A stretch of 53,814 nucleotides of DNA from Octopus sinensis (taxonomy: Eukaryota): contig NW_021833876.1 of the NCBI RefSeq assembly GCF_006345805.1, positions 1 to 53,814 of the forward strand, given 5' to 3'. The position numbers and the translations under genes are program-made. Below are positions 37,601 to 51,257 of this stretch, piece by piece. Every line of letters starts with the position of its first letter. Position 1 is the stretch's first letter. The notes under the pieces are model-generated. The model worked only from the letters and a program-made list of their open reading frames with translations. It searched no databases and was not told the DNA's origin.

Positions 37601-37990
37601 GCCAGACATCGTCTTAATTGAGAAACAAAACAAACTATGCTGAATCGTAGATATAGCATGCCCAGCCGACAAGGTATGTGATAAAGAAGAAAGAAAAGTT
37701 GAGAGACATGACAAGTTAGCTTGGGAATTTAAGCAGTTGTGGTTGATGAAAAAAGTAGCAGTAGTACCAATTATTGTAGGAGCCCTGGGAAAAGTGAGCA
37801 AAAATCTCAAGAAGTACATGGAACAAATAGGGGCTGCAATAAGGGTGAGGCACTTGCAGGAAATAGCACTGCTTAGAACCACTTGAATACTGCAGAAGGT
37901 GCTCGAAAAATAAGAGGTGTTACTTTATTTCATTAGTAGTGAACAGCTGACACTGTAGTACAACTCCAGTGTTAGAAGCTGTGCAAAGGC
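37601..37990 (+). pseudogene. R4/Dong-clade non-LTR retrotransposon 3' end (restriction-like endonuclease domain)
   Basis: KPDIVLIEKQNKLC*IVDIACPAD...KEERKVER...LW...VVPIIVGALG...LQEIALLRTT*ILQKVL; flanked by (TAA)n. Confidence 0.85.
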
Positions 37991-38033
37991 AATGATAATA
38001 ATAATAATAATGATAATAATAATAATAATAATG

Positions 38034-38186
<153 letters not shown>

Positions 38187-38208
38187 GTAATAATAATAAT
38201 AATAATAA

Positions 38209-38483
38209 CATAAAATTATATGAGAATGATCCCTGGCTTACCATCCCTGCAAGAAGTGCAAAAGATTGTCTTAACTGGTACATCACACGTATTGAGAAGA
38301 GCATGTTGATGTGAGAACTATTACTGCCCATGTATTTTAATTTAACTTTAAAAAAAAAAATGAACGGACTAGTGAGTTTAGTTTAATGGCCTACCAATGT
38401 ATACTATGAGTTTCTTTGCCCTAGGAGTCGGGTAGACACTCGGCAAGAAATGGAAGGAAATTTGAAAGAAGAAGATAAAAAAG
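38209..38483 (+). pseudogene. Second R4/Dong-clade 3' end (different subfamily)
   Basis: MIPGLPSLQEVQKIVLTGTSHVLRRAC* plus 3'UTR, flanked by (TAA)n. Confidence 0.75.
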
Positions 38484-38675
38484 ATAACAATAATAATAAT
38501 AATCCTTTCTACTGGGAGCACAAGGCCTCAAATTTGGGGGAAGACATTAAGTCGACCCTGAAAAAATGAAAGGCAAAGTCAACCTTGGTGGAATTTGAAC
38601 TCAGAACGTAAAGATAAATGAAATACTGCTAAGCATTTCACCCGGCATGCTAGTGATTCTGCCAGCTCACTGCCC

Positions 38676-38728
<53 letters not shown>

Positions 38729-38749
38729 TAATAATAATAATAATAATAA

Positions 38750-38939
38750 CATGTTCACTACTAATGAAACACATATAACATACAGAAAATTGCACTACTA
38801 GGCACTGCACACATCCTACGCAGAACACTTTCCATACAATAACCATCAGAGCATCACAACAAATCACAGCACATACCCAAGGCACACAGAGCTGCGCTCG
38901 GTAGTGAAGTGAAAGCACGCTATAAAAATAAAACTACTG
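38750..38939 (+). pseudogene. Third R4/Dong-clade 3' end
   Basis: TYNIQKIALLGTAHILRRTLSIQ* plus 3'UTR, flanked by (TAA)n. Confidence 0.8.
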
Positions 38940-38943
38940 AATG

Positions 38944-39009
<66 letters not shown>

Positions 39010-39488
39010 GTAATAATAATAACAATAATGATAATGATAATAATGATGACAACAACAATAATAATAATTATAATAATCCTTTCTATTAAAGGCACCAAGC
39101 CTGAAATTTAGGGGGCAGTGGATGTATGGTTGAGTACTTTGACACCAGTACTCAAAAGGATGAAATGATAAGTCGAACTCAGCAGAATTTGAACCTAGTA
39201 CATAAAATCAGAGCAAATATCACAAAGCATTTTGTCTGGAATGCTAACAATTCTGCCAGTTTGCTACTTGAATAATAACAATAATAATAATTCTGATGAT
39301 GTCCTATTGTTACTAGTACAATATTGCCGTTAATTGAACTAGATGCTAAATAAAACAATATATTGCATAGAGAATGGAACTATGCCTCTATCAGTAACTG
39401 AGATACATCGAAGATGTGTAAATGAGCCTATCATTTAGAATGGCTTTTTATTTATATGGGGAAGAAAGAATCAACATATATCACAATG

Positions 39489-39905
39489 TAGGCGCAGGAG
39501 TGGCTGTGTGGTAAGTAGCTTGCTAACCAACCACATGGTTCCGGGTTCAGTCCCACTGTGTGGCATCTTGGGCAAGTGTCTTCTACTATAGCCTCGGGCC
39601 GACCAATGCCTTGTGAGTGGATTTGGTTGACGGAAACTGAAAGAAGCCTGTCGTATATATGTATATATATATGTGTGTGTGTGTATGTGTTTGTGTGTCT
39701 GTGTTTGTCCCTCTAGCATTGCTTGACAACCGATGCTGGTGTGTTTACGTTCCCGTCACTTAGCGGTTCGGCAAAAGAGACCGATAGAATAAGTACTGGG
39801 CTTACAAAGAATAAGTCCCGGGGTCGATTTGCTCGACTAAAGGCGGTGCTCCAGCATGGCCACAGTCAAATGACTGAAACAAGTAAAAGAGTAAAAGAGA
39901 AAAGA
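39489..39905 (+). mobile_element. SINE family A
   Basis: Family identity. Confidence 0.9.
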
Positions 39906-40133
39906 GTGCTAATACTGGGTGGTAAGCCACAGGGCCAAAGTTACAGCTGACTGTTATCATCACAGTAAAAAATTTTGAATAAATCATAGCTAGTAGAAAA
40001 ATGTGTTTTTGTGTCTGTGTGTGTGTGCCTGTGTGTGTGAGAAAGAGATAAAGAGAGAGAGAGAGAGAGAAAGAAAGAGAGAGAGAGTGTGTGTGTTTGT
40101 GTAAGTAAGTGAATAGTGTGCTACATAATTTAA

Positions 40134-40533
40134 GTCTTTTACTTGTTTCAGTCATTTGACTGTGGCCATCCTGGAGCACTGCCTTTAGTCGAGCAGGGAC
40201 TTATTCTTTGTAAGCCCAGTACTTATTCTATCGGTCTCTTTTGCTGAACCGCTAAGTGATGGAGACATAAACACACCAGCATCGGTTGTCAAGCGATATT
40301 GGGGGGACAAACACAGACACACAAACATATACACACACATACATATATATATATATATACACATATATACGACGGGCTTCTTTCAGTTTCCGTCAACCAA
40401 ATCCACGCCCAAGGCATTGGTCGGCTCGGGGCTATAGCAGAAGACACTTGCCCAAGATGCCACTCAGTGAGACTGAACCCGGAACCATGTGGTTGGTAAG
40501 CAAGCTACTTACCACACAGCCACTCCTGCGCCT
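40134..40533 (-). mobile_element. SINE family A
   Basis: Family identity. Confidence 0.9.
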
Positions 40534-40677
40534 ATTGTGAAGACTCAATTAATTTGAAGTGTAAAATATTTACTTATTGATGTATAGTATACAATTATTC
40601 ATATGATGCCAACCACTGGTTTCATATAAGAAGCAAGTTCATTATCATTGGAATTTCAACATCAACAACAGGTATTT

Positions 40678-41210
40678 TTGTGTGTATGTATGTATGTATT
40701 GTATGTATGTATGTATGTATGTATGTATGTATGTATGTATGTATGTATGTATGTATGCATGTATGTATGTAATGTATGCATGTATGTATGTATGTATGTA
40801 TGTATGTATGTATGTATGTATGTATGCATGCATGTATGTATGTATGTATGTATGTATGCATGCATGCATGTATGTATGTAATGTATGCATGTATGCATGT
40901 ATGCATGTATGTATGTATGTATGTATGTATGTATGTATTTATGTATGTATGCATGCATGTATGTATGTATGTATGTATGTATGTATGTATTTATGTATGT
41001 ATGCATGTATGTAATGTATGTATGTATGTATGTATGTATGAATGTATGTAATGTATGTATGTATGTATGTATGTATGTATGTATATGTGCAGATTTCTGT
41101 TTTGCTTTATGTATGCATTTTTTCATATATATAGTTGCATATCTAGACATGCTCATATATGTATGTATGAAGATACACACAAACACACACACACACACAC
41201 ACAAACACAA

Positions 41211-41305
<95 letters not shown>

Positions 41306-41332
41306 CACACACACACACACACACACACACAC
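40678..41332. repeat. (ATGT)n field followed by (CA)n
   Basis: Directly visible. Confidence 0.95.
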
Positions 41333-41384
41333 CATGATAGATTGCTAGCTCCTACACGCATTTTTTTCTCTCCTTGTTTCTTTT

Positions 41385-41550
41385 CTGTGTATCTTTCTGT
41401 TGAAGAGCATAGGCTCAAAATGTAAAAGACTTGTTCTATTTCTATTCCTGAGCACCATACTAATACATTTGTTTGTTTGTACTCCACCTGCCTTCGTCTT
41501 TTGTTTATTTTCGTAAACCTGCTTTTGTCTTTTGTTTATTTTCATAAACC
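41385..41550 (+). mobile_element. Penelope-like-derived fragment with decayed hammerhead motif
   Basis: TCTTT-CTGTTGAA-GAGC-ATAG-GCTC-AAAATGTA-AAAGA. Confidence 0.5.
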
Positions 41551-41559
41551 TTCCCGTTC

Positions 41560-41608
<49 letters not shown>

Positions 41609-42811
41609 CATATATATACATATACTGAGCTGTCACACAGTTCCCATCTAGGAAATTCACTCACAAGGCATTGGTCAGCTCAGGACTATAGTATGCCAAG
41701 TTGCTGCAGAGTAAAACTGAACCTAAAACCATGTGATTGCCAAACAGACTTCTTACCCACGAATCTATAGCTGTGCCTATGTTTACATTTGTTGAATTTA
41801 TTGGTGAGGAGGAGAGGTGAAGAAGTGTTTGCCCGTTTCTATTCGTATTTTTTTTAGCTGTTTTATTTTCAGTGGATTGCTTGTTTGGTTATTGTTTTTA
41901 TTTTTGTAATTTATCTGTTAATCTAATTTAAGCATTTTCCTTTTATATTTTTTTCTGTTTTTGTTTTTTTCCATTCTATTTCTTTAATTAGAACTGGGTG
42001 GTGTGTTTTCCTAATGCATTTCAGATGTGTTATTCTTCATGGTAAAGTGATTTTGTTGAATTTTGTTTCGGTCAAGGTTTGAGGGCAGAAAGACTTCTGC
42101 AAGTGCATGCTGGTGTTGCTGTGTATATATTTGGGTATATTTTGTTGGTAAGGACTTGGCTTCATTATTCATATATATATATTTCATGTATACTATTTAT
42201 ATTAGTCAAACTAGTGTCCTCATTCGACTAATATAAACAGTATATATAATATAAATACCTCACCTCAACAATATAAAGCTATATTTATTTTTTGTTGTTT
42301 AATTTCTATGCTGTTGGATTTACAGAGTAAATGTAATGTTGTATATTGAATTTATGTGTTAAACTAATTAAAGTTGTAAAAATTGTTTTTTTTTTCTTTC
42401 AGTCAATTCTGCTTTATTTGAAAAATGTAAACCTTTTATGGGAGAGTTTGGAAGTGACTTCCATGGTTATTGATATTATTACCCATGGTTGACTGATTTT
42501 TGTGAATATGTGTTTTGAATTTTAGTTTAGTCAAAGATAGAAAGGTTTAAAGGCTTACAGGGGAAATGTATTGTTGTTTAATGAATTCATTTGTTAAACT
42601 AATTAAAAATGTTTATGCACACATACATATACATGTATACATACGTGTATACATACATTAAAATGACACATAATTACAGCTAATAACGAACAGAACCTTG
42701 AAAATAAAATGTAATAAAAATATTATTTTCACTTTATTGAACACTCTCTTATTACAATACGTATATTTTTACAGAACTGCAATAATATAACCTATTATAG
42801 TTTTTTCTTTG

Positions 42812-42848
42812 TGTATGTATGTGTGTGTGTGTATGGTGTGTGTGTGTG

Positions 42849-42903
<55 letters not shown>

Positions 42904-43245
42904 TGTGTGTGTGTGTGTATGTATGTGTGTGTGTGTATGTGTGTGTGTGTGTGTGTGTGTGCATGTGTGTGTGTGTGTATGTATGTGTGTGTGTGTGTAT
43001 GTGTGTGTGTGTGTGTGTGTATGTGTGTGTGTGTGGTGTGTGTGTGTGTGCATGTGTGTGTTGCGTGCATGTTTGTGTGCATGCGCGTGTGCATATACGT
43101 GTGTTTGCATGCACTTGTGTGTGTTTATGTGTGTGCCCATGCATGTGGGCATTTATGTGTGTGTGCATGCATGTGTGCATGTGCATCTGTGTGTGTGTGT
43201 GTGTGTACATACACACGCATGTACATGTGCACACACATACACACA
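42812..43245. repeat. (TG)n compound microsatellite
   Basis: Directly visible. Confidence 0.95.
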
Positions 43246-43449
43246 TAGGGAATATACAAAATCTCCCCCATACACCAAACTGGCCAACAACCAAAGGAAA
43301 GAGCAGAAACAAGAGTGGCAATTTGAAATCCTATCACCCTGAAGAAATCAGTCAAAGAAGAATGATACATAAATATACAAAATCATGGTGGTGCTCCAGC
43401 ATGACCGCAGCAGCATGGCTGAAATAAATAAAAGAATAAAAAATGAACA

Positions 43450-43862
43450 GTGCAGGAGTGGCTGTGTGGTAAGTAGCTTGCTAACCAACCACATGGTTCC
43501 GGGTTCAGTCCCACTGCGTGGCATCTTGGGCAAGTGTCTTCTGCTATAGCCCCGGGCCGACCAATGCCTTGTGAGTGGATTTGGTAGACGGAAACTGAAA
43601 GAAGCCTGTCGTATATATGTATATATATATATATATGTCTGTGTGTGTGGGTTTGTGTGTCTGTGTTTGTCCCCCTAGCATTGCTTGACAACTGGTGTGT
43701 TTACGTCCCCGTTACTTAGCGGTTCAGCAAAAGAGACCGATAGAATAAGTACTGGGCTTACAAAGAATAAATCCCGGGGTCGATTTGATCGACTAAATGC
43801 AGTGCTCCAGCATGGCTGCAGTCAAATGACTGAAACAAGTAAAAGAGTAAAAGAGTAAAAGA
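43450..43862 (+). mobile_element. SINE family A
   Basis: Family identity. Confidence 0.9.
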
Positions 43863-44610
43863 TTAATATATATCTATATACAGAACACAATCTGTCCTTA
43901 TAATTTCGAATAGGGGAAGTTGTATATATACATATATATATGTGTGTGTGTGTGTGTTTATATGTATATAGATAGATAGATACATAGTAAGACACTCTCA
44001 CACAAGCACACACAGCCTATTTAAGGTCTGATTTCTAGAACAGAAACAGAAATAGATTGAGTCCATCGTGTCCTTAAATAATTCTAATGAACTAGATTAC
44101 TTTTAAGTTTCTATTAATTTTAAATGAAAATTAGGTTGTAAATAACTAATTTTTACATTAACTTCTATATGAAGTTACTGTTTGTATTTCAATTTAGGAA
44201 AACGATTTTTTTTTTATTTATATAAGACTGTGTTGGCTGGTTTGAATTCAAACATGAATGCTTTAAAATAACGAGGTAATCTCTGTTGGTATCAAGAAAT
44301 TTAAATGGAATACAGTACATTACTGGATTGTAATAACTGGAAAAAAATTTATTTTTAAAAAGATTGATCTTAGCTTGGTTTTCATGTCAAAATACTAAAG
44401 CAACTAAAACTAGATATATAAAGAATCCATCTCCGTACTATAGGCTGCATGTGTGTAATTTCTGTCTGTGCAAGAACAGATAAGAACAATAAACAACAAT
44501 AAAAATGAGAGATGAATTATGTGAGAGAAAAGGGGAATAAGTTGAGAGGAGGAGGTCTGATATGTAGTGGGCAACAAAGGATAGGGAGAGGCAGGTATTA
44601 GTAACAGCTA

Positions 44611-44831
44611 AGGCAGCGAGCTGGCAGAAACGTTAGCACAGCCGGGCGAAATGCTTAGAGGTATTTTGTTGTGAGTTCAAATTCTGCCGAGGTCGACTTT
44701 GCCTTTCATCCTTTCGGGGTCGATAAATTAAGTACCAGTTACGAACGGGGATCGATGTAATCGACTTAATACCTATGTCTGTCTTTGTTTGTTCCCTCTG
44801 TGTTTAGCCCCTTGTGGGTAATAAAGAAATA
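44611..44831 (+). mobile_element. Full-length SINE B with 17-bp TSD GGTATTAGTAACAGCTA
   Basis: TSD at 44594-44610 and 44832-44848. Confidence 0.92.
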
Positions 44832-45224
44832 GGTATTAGTAACAGCTACTAAGGGATAGAAATTTGGTAATAAGAAAATCATAGTTTTCTCATATTTACT
44901 TCACTCTCCCCCTCTCTCCCTTCCCTCTCACCCTCTCTCTCTCCCTCTCTCTCCCTCTCTCTCCCTCTCTCTCCCTCTCTCCCTTCCCTCTCCACCCTCT
45001 CTCTCTCCCTTCCCTCTCCCCCTCTCTCTCTCCCTCTCTCGCTTTCTCTCTTATGTTATTTTATTTTTATCTTTATTTCTTGAAGAATTGGCATTGTTAA
45101 ATTTTTTTCACTTCCTGTCACTTTGACATTCTTCCTTTGTCAGAAATCAGATGAAAGCAGTTAACATTAGATCTTCCTTTCAATATCAAATACAAGAAGA
45201 ATTTTTTTTGCCTTTGAGAGAGAT

Positions 45225-45375
45225 TTATATGAAAGCAAAGTTGTTGCCCTTGAAATCATTTAAAGCCTTTGACCAAGTCTAGCATGAAACGTTTCTTGTA
45301 AACTCGCTCACTGATATGCACCATTCACCTCAAAGGCTCATTGATTAATACTTTTCTTTCAAAGCATCCATCTAT
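45225..45375 (+). pseudogene. Old LINE RT remnant
   Basis: ESKVVALEI..KAFDQV*HE resembles ALDISKAFDRVWH. Confidence 0.5.
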
Positions 45376-45429
45376 ATTGTCTATATTTCACTGATACGCA
45401 GTTATTTCTCACACTAACCACCAACACAT

Positions 45430-45880
45430 ATGGATGATTTATTACTACATAGACCAAGCAGTTACATGTCATTCACTACCATACAGCCACCACAAATTCA
45501 CCACCCTTCTATACAGCCATACAGTCAGCACACTCTGACCACATACCTACACTGCCATACATCTACTGCTCACTGACCACATTTCTACACTGCCATACAG
45601 TTACTGCTCACTGACCACATACCTACAATGCCATACATTCACCATACTCGGATCACCCACCTGCACTGCCATACAGTCTTTATTCACTGACCACCCACTT
45701 ATACTGTCGTACATTCACCACATAGTGACCACACACATACACAGCTATACAGTCACCACAGACTGACCACCCAACTACATGGTCATACAGTTACCAACAC
45801 TGACCATCCACCTACACAGCTATACACATTCATCAGTCACTGACCACCCACCTACTCGGCCATACCCACATACAAACTGT
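45430..45880. repeat. Degenerate ~38-40-bp minisatellite (ACTGACCACATACCTACACTGCCATACAGT...)
   Basis: Recurrent CTGACCAC...CATAC units. Confidence 0.75.
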
Positions 45881-46122
45881 CCTACTACAATCTCATATAA
45901 TAAAGTGCAATGTGTGGCCTGGTCATCATGCTAGAGGGGAAAAAAGAGTTAAACAACGAATGGAGTGGGAGTGAGTGACAGTCAGAGGGGCCGAAGCAGA
46001 TGGACAGCTTTCAAAAGTTTTGCTCTAAAGATGTTTTAATCGATGTTTTAATCAAAATAAAACTGAATCTTTTAATCATATATTGTATTTAGTTTATCAG
46101 TTTCAGGTACAACAGCAACATC

Positions 46123-46310
46123 AGCGGAGGTGCAATGGCCCAGTGGTTAGGGCAGCGGACTCGCGGTTGTAAGAGCATGGTTTCGATTCCCAGACCAGGC
46201 ATTGTGAGTGTTTATTGAGCAAAAACACCTAAGCTCCATGAGGCTTCAGCGGAAGTGGACGTGAACCCTGCTGTATTCATTCACCACAACTTACTCACAC
46301 TCTTTCTTCC
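46123..46310 (+). mobile_element. SINE family D
   Basis: Homologous to 10985. Confidence 0.8.
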
Positions 46311-47287
46311 TATTTTTTCCACAAAACAGAGGAACCATGGTGTAACCCACTATGGTATGCTAAACTTTCAGACCCTAGTCTAGATTGCGAATCCTCTGTA
46401 CCCCAGGATGGTTCAGCTTTCCACCCGTTAAAAGCCAGCATTTATGGAATGAGGATAACAACGTAGCTTTTGCAACCACCAGTCTGTCGCGTTGCCGCAC
46501 GCATTCTTGGTAGGCTTAGAGTAGGCTCCAATTAGAGATTATTCTTTGTGGCTAATGGCATGAGTCCTGACTGGAAGAAGAAGAAGAAGAAAAGAAGAAG
46601 AAGAAGGGGGAGGAGGAGGAGGAGGTGAAGGAGGAGAAGGAGCAGGAGGAGAAGAAGAAGAAGGAGGAGGAGGAGGAGGAGGAGAAGAAGAAGGAGGAGG
46701 AGGAGGAGGAGGAGCAGCAGGAGGAGAAGGAGCAGGGGCAGAAGAAGAAGAAGAAGAAGAAGGAGGAGGAGCAGGAGAAGAAGAAGAAGCAGACAGCAGC
46801 ACCAGGAACAGTAGCGAATTAGCAGTTTAGCAAAAGAGACCAATAGAATAAGTAACAGTTATGCACTGGGGTCGATGTAATCGACTTAATCCGTTTGTCT
46901 GTCCTTGTTTGTCCCCTCTGCGTTTAGCCCCTTGTGGGTAGTAAAGAAATAAATATATATGACAACAGTAGTAATAGCAGCAGCAGTAATTTTGGCAATA
47001 TATACAGCAGCAGCAGAGATAGCAGCAGCAGCAGCAGCTGTAACTTTAGTTATATACGACAGCAGCAGTAACAGCAGCAACTGTAACTTTGGCAATATAT
47101 ACAGCAGCAGCAGAGACAGCAGCAGCACTAACAGCAGTCATAGTAACAACAGAAGTAGTAATAACAACAACAATAACAATAGCACCAACAGCAACAGTAG
47201 CAGTAAGAGAAGTAGTAGTAGTGGAGGTGGTGGTGGTGGTGGTGGTGGTTTTGGTGGTGGTGATGGTAGTAGTAGTAGAAGTAGTAA

Positions 47288-47334
<47 letters not shown>

Positions 47335-47444
47335 AGAGTAGTAGTAGTAGTAGTAGAAGTAGTAGTAGTAGTAGTAGAAGTAGTAGTAGTAGTAGTAGTA
47401 GAAGTAGTAGTAGTAGTAGAAGTAGTAGTAGTAGTAGCAGCAGC

Positions 47445-47478
<34 letters not shown>

Positions 47479-47479
47479 A

Positions 47480-47520
<41 letters not shown>

Positions 47521-47639
47521 TTGTAGTAGTAGTAGTAGTAGTAGTAACAGCAGCAACACAAACAAGTCAGGACACTAGCAACAACAACAAAAACAAAAAT
47601 AGCAGCATCGAAAGTGAAAGTAGTAGCAGCAGTGAATAT

Positions 47640-49120
47640 TGGCAGCTGCAATAAGAGGGAACAACATGAGTGACAGTGGGAGTGTTAGTAGGGTCAACAT
47701 CACTAATGGGGGTAACAACATCCAAAAGGACAATATAAACAATGGCAGGGCTAGCAGCAGTGAAGACAGCAATAGTAGTAGGGTCAACATCAACAAGATT
47801 GGAGACATTAGTGGGAACAATATGAGTGGTAGTAGGGCTAACGGTAGTGAGAACAATAATAGCAGGGTCAACATCAACATAACTTGAGATAGTTAGAATA
47901 CCCATTAGCAAAAGTAGGGCTAACTGCAGTGAGAACAGTAATGGCAGGTTCAACACTGACAAAACTGGAGACGTTAGTGGGAACACTATTAGCAAAGTAG
48001 GGCTAACAGCAGGGTCAAAATCGACAAAACTGGAGACATTAATGGGGACACCATTAGCAACAGCTAAGACTAACAGCAGTGAGAATAATAATAGCTGGGT
48101 CAAGATTGACAAAACTGGAGACATTAGTGGAAACATCATTAGCAACAGGAGAGCTAACATCAAGGAGAACAATAATAGCAGGGTCAACATCAGCAAAACT
48201 GGAGATATTAGTGGAAACAACATTAGCAACAGTAGGGATAATTGCAGTAAAAACAATGTAGGAAGGTCAACATCAACAAAACTGGAGACATTAGTGGGAA
48301 CATCATTAGTAATAGAAGGGCTAACAGCTGTGAGAACAATAATAGCAGGATCAACATCATCGAAGCTGGATGTTAGTGGGAACACTATTAGCAAAGTAGG
48401 GCTAGTAGCATGGGTAACATAAAAAAAACTGGAGACATTAATGGGGACACCATTAGCAACAGCTGGGCTAACAGCAGTGAGAACAATAATAGCTGGGTCG
48501 AGATTGATAAAACTGGAGACATTAGTGGCAACACCATTAGCAACAGTAGGGCTAATGTCAAGGAGAACAATAATAGCAGGGTCAACATCAACAAAACTGG
48601 AGATATTAGTGGAAACAACATTAGAAGCAGTAGGGATAATGGCAGTGAAAGCAATGTAGCAAGGTCAACATCAACAAAACTGGGGACATTAGTGGGAACA
48701 CTATTAGCAAATTAGGGCTAGTAGCATGAGCAACATCAACAAAACTGGGGACATTAATGGGACACCATTAGCAACAACTGGATTAACAGTAATAGCTAGT
48801 TCAAGATTGACAAAACTGGAGACATTAGTGGCAACATCAACAACAGTAGGGCTAACATCAAGGAGAACAATAATAGCAGGGTCAACGTCAACAAAACTGG
48901 AAACATTAGTGGGAACAACATTAGTAATGGATGGGCTAACAGCTGTAAAAACAATATTAGCAGGATCAACATCATCAAAACAGGCAACATTAGTGGGGAC
49001 ATCATTAGGAATTAAAGGGCTAACAGTAGCGAGAATATTAATAGTGTGGTCAGTATCAAGAGCAGAGAGGACATTAGTGGGAATAGCATTAGCAAGGACA
49101 ACATTAGTAACAATAATGCT
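47640..49120. repeat. ~84-bp minisatellite with higher-order structure
   Basis: AACATCAACAAAACTGGAGACATTAGTGG... units; frameshifting indels between units. Confidence 0.85.
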
Positions 49121-49124
49121 AACC

Positions 49125-49535
49125 AGGAGTGGATGTGTGGTAAGTAGCTTGCTAACCAACCACATGGTTCCGGGTTCAGTCCCACTGCGTGGCACCTTGG
49201 GTGAGTGTCTTCTGCTATAGCCCCGGGCCGACCAATGCCTTGTGAGTGGATTTGGTAGACGGAAACTGAAAGAAGCCCGTCGTATATATGTATATATGTA
49301 TGTGTGTGCGTGTATGTTTGTGTGTCTGTGTTTGTCCCCCAAGCATTGCTTGACAACCGATGCTGGTGTGTTTATGTCCCCGTAACTTAGCGGTTCGGCA
49401 AAAGAGACCGATAGAATAAGTACTGGGCTTACAAAAGAATAAGTCCCGGGGTCGAGTTGCTCGATTAAAGGCGGTGCTCCAGCATGGCCCCAGTCAAATG
49501 ACTGAAACAAGTAAAGGAGTAAAAAAAAGAGTAAA
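49125..49535 (+). mobile_element. SINE family A
   Basis: Family identity. Confidence 0.9.
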
Positions 49536-49544
49536 ACAAATTAC

Positions 49545-50680
49545 ATTATTGTTTATTCTTTATTTCCTGTGAATTTTCATTTGGATGATTTTCTTGAGGG
49601 CTGAACCCCAAGCAGATCATGGGCCAAGTTCCAACAATAGTCCACCATCATATGCAAGTACAATCTGTTTCGATACCATTGTTTTATTGATTTCATAATG
49701 GAAATGTACCTGTTCATCACCTGTATCTCTCAGATTTTCAGAAAATTTATCAAGGTGTCTGTGAAAATGATACAAGTTTATGCTCATATTTGCTTCCAAC
49801 TTTTGAAAGTTCTCTCAGCATGTTGTTGACTATTTTGACATAGTTGGCAGCTTTTTTTTTTTGCCCAGAAAGTCATTTACAACTATTACAAATGAATTCC
49901 ATGCTGCTACGCCAATGCAATACGTTGAATTCACAAAGTTCCTATCTTTCGTCAATTTTCTGATTTGTGGCCCCTCAAATACTCCAGCTTTTATATTTTT
50001 CATTGCTGAGATTGAGACATGTGCAGCACAGATATATTGAAAGCATGGTCCATTTTGATCTAAAGCTTTCACGAAATTCTTCATAATTCCAAGTTTGATA
50101 TAGTGGAGATAGGATGATATTTTTTTTTCCTGGTTGAACTAAAGTCTCTTCAAACATGTTTAACCCTTTAGCATTTAAACCGACCATATCCGGCCAAAAG
50201 TATTCTGCCTGTTTTATGTTCAAACTGGCCAGATCTGGTCTCTCACACCAACCCTACAATATCGTTTTAAAAATTAACAGCTACCTCATAAATCTCAAAG
50301 CTACAAGATAATGCATGATTAGTTCAAAACAATGTGGATAAAAAAGCATTAATTTTGGCAGAATAATGTGAACACTAAAGGGTTAAAGACCCTAGAACTA
50401 TTGTTTCACCATTCTTTGACCACACTTTTCCCCTGATTCTGCTGTCTCACATACATAAAAAACATGGATTTTTTTTATCTATTCACTTTGTTACTCTAAG
50501 AAAAAAAACTGACCATCTTAAAGTCAGTCCGCACATATCATCCAGTGATGATTAGGGGAGTTTTGATATCTCGAAATCTAGACATGATAGTAAAAAATGG
50601 ATTTCAGTTTTGGATTCAGGATACCATAATAGCTTTAAATCAGGTAAAAACGTTCTGACAAAAACACCTTTTGTAATGCG
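49545..50680 (-). pseudogene. Decayed DNA-transposase gene, LPPLHIKLG-type (Chapaev-like, CMC; family label from memory)
   Basis: ILSPL.IKLGIMKNFVKALDQNGPCFQY...KAGVFEGPQIRKL...AAWNSF...FLG...HLDKFSENL. Confidence 0.7.
50164..50382 (+). mobile_element. piggyBac-type MITE nested in the transposase remnant
   Basis: TTAA|CCCTTTAG...CTAAAGGG|TTAA. Confidence 0.85.
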
Positions 50681-50904
50681 TAACTGAAGAGTTAATATGA
50701 ATAAGAATAGGGCCAAGAGAAATAGGAATAATAAGAGGTAGTAGCATGAAAAAGGGAAGTATAAGAGATGGTAAAAACATAGGCAATAGCAGGGTCATCT
50801 ATAACAACAACAGTGAAAACAATACCAGGTAGAACATCTGTGCAACTGTTGGACCAACAGGAAAGCAATGAGAGTAATAACTGGTAGGGCCAACAGCAAC
50901 GCTA

Positions 50905-51122
50905 GCCGTTCAAGAATTTGGACCTGGAGATCTCAATTTCCAGCGACTTCGAGGGACACCTCCCAGTGGTGTCGGGCGTCAACGAAGAGCCCTCGACTAC
51001 AACAACATGACCAAAGTTTTTTTTTCTCCAAAGTCTGGGGTCTCCTGCCCCTAAGCCCTAGACTATCACCTAATCACCCTTACCCGTCTTGTTGCTTAAC
51101 AACAACAACAACAACAACATCA
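50905..51122 (+). mobile_element. Possible LINE 3' fragment with (AAC)n tail
   Basis: GC-richer island ending in (AAC)n; family not recognised. Confidence 0.3.
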
Positions 51123-51257
51123 ACACCAGAAGGGAATAGGTGAGAAACATAGTAGCTACTGCAATAAGGATTTAAGGTACTGCTTCAACTGCAGCATCTG
51201 CAAAAGCAGTATGGGCAAATGCATTAACTGTAGCTGTGGTAAAAGCATATGGGTTAA

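Noticed and set aside
40622-43430. His/Thr/Cys/Val-rich ORFs
   Set aside because: Translations of (CA)n, (TG)n and (ATGT)n microsatellites.
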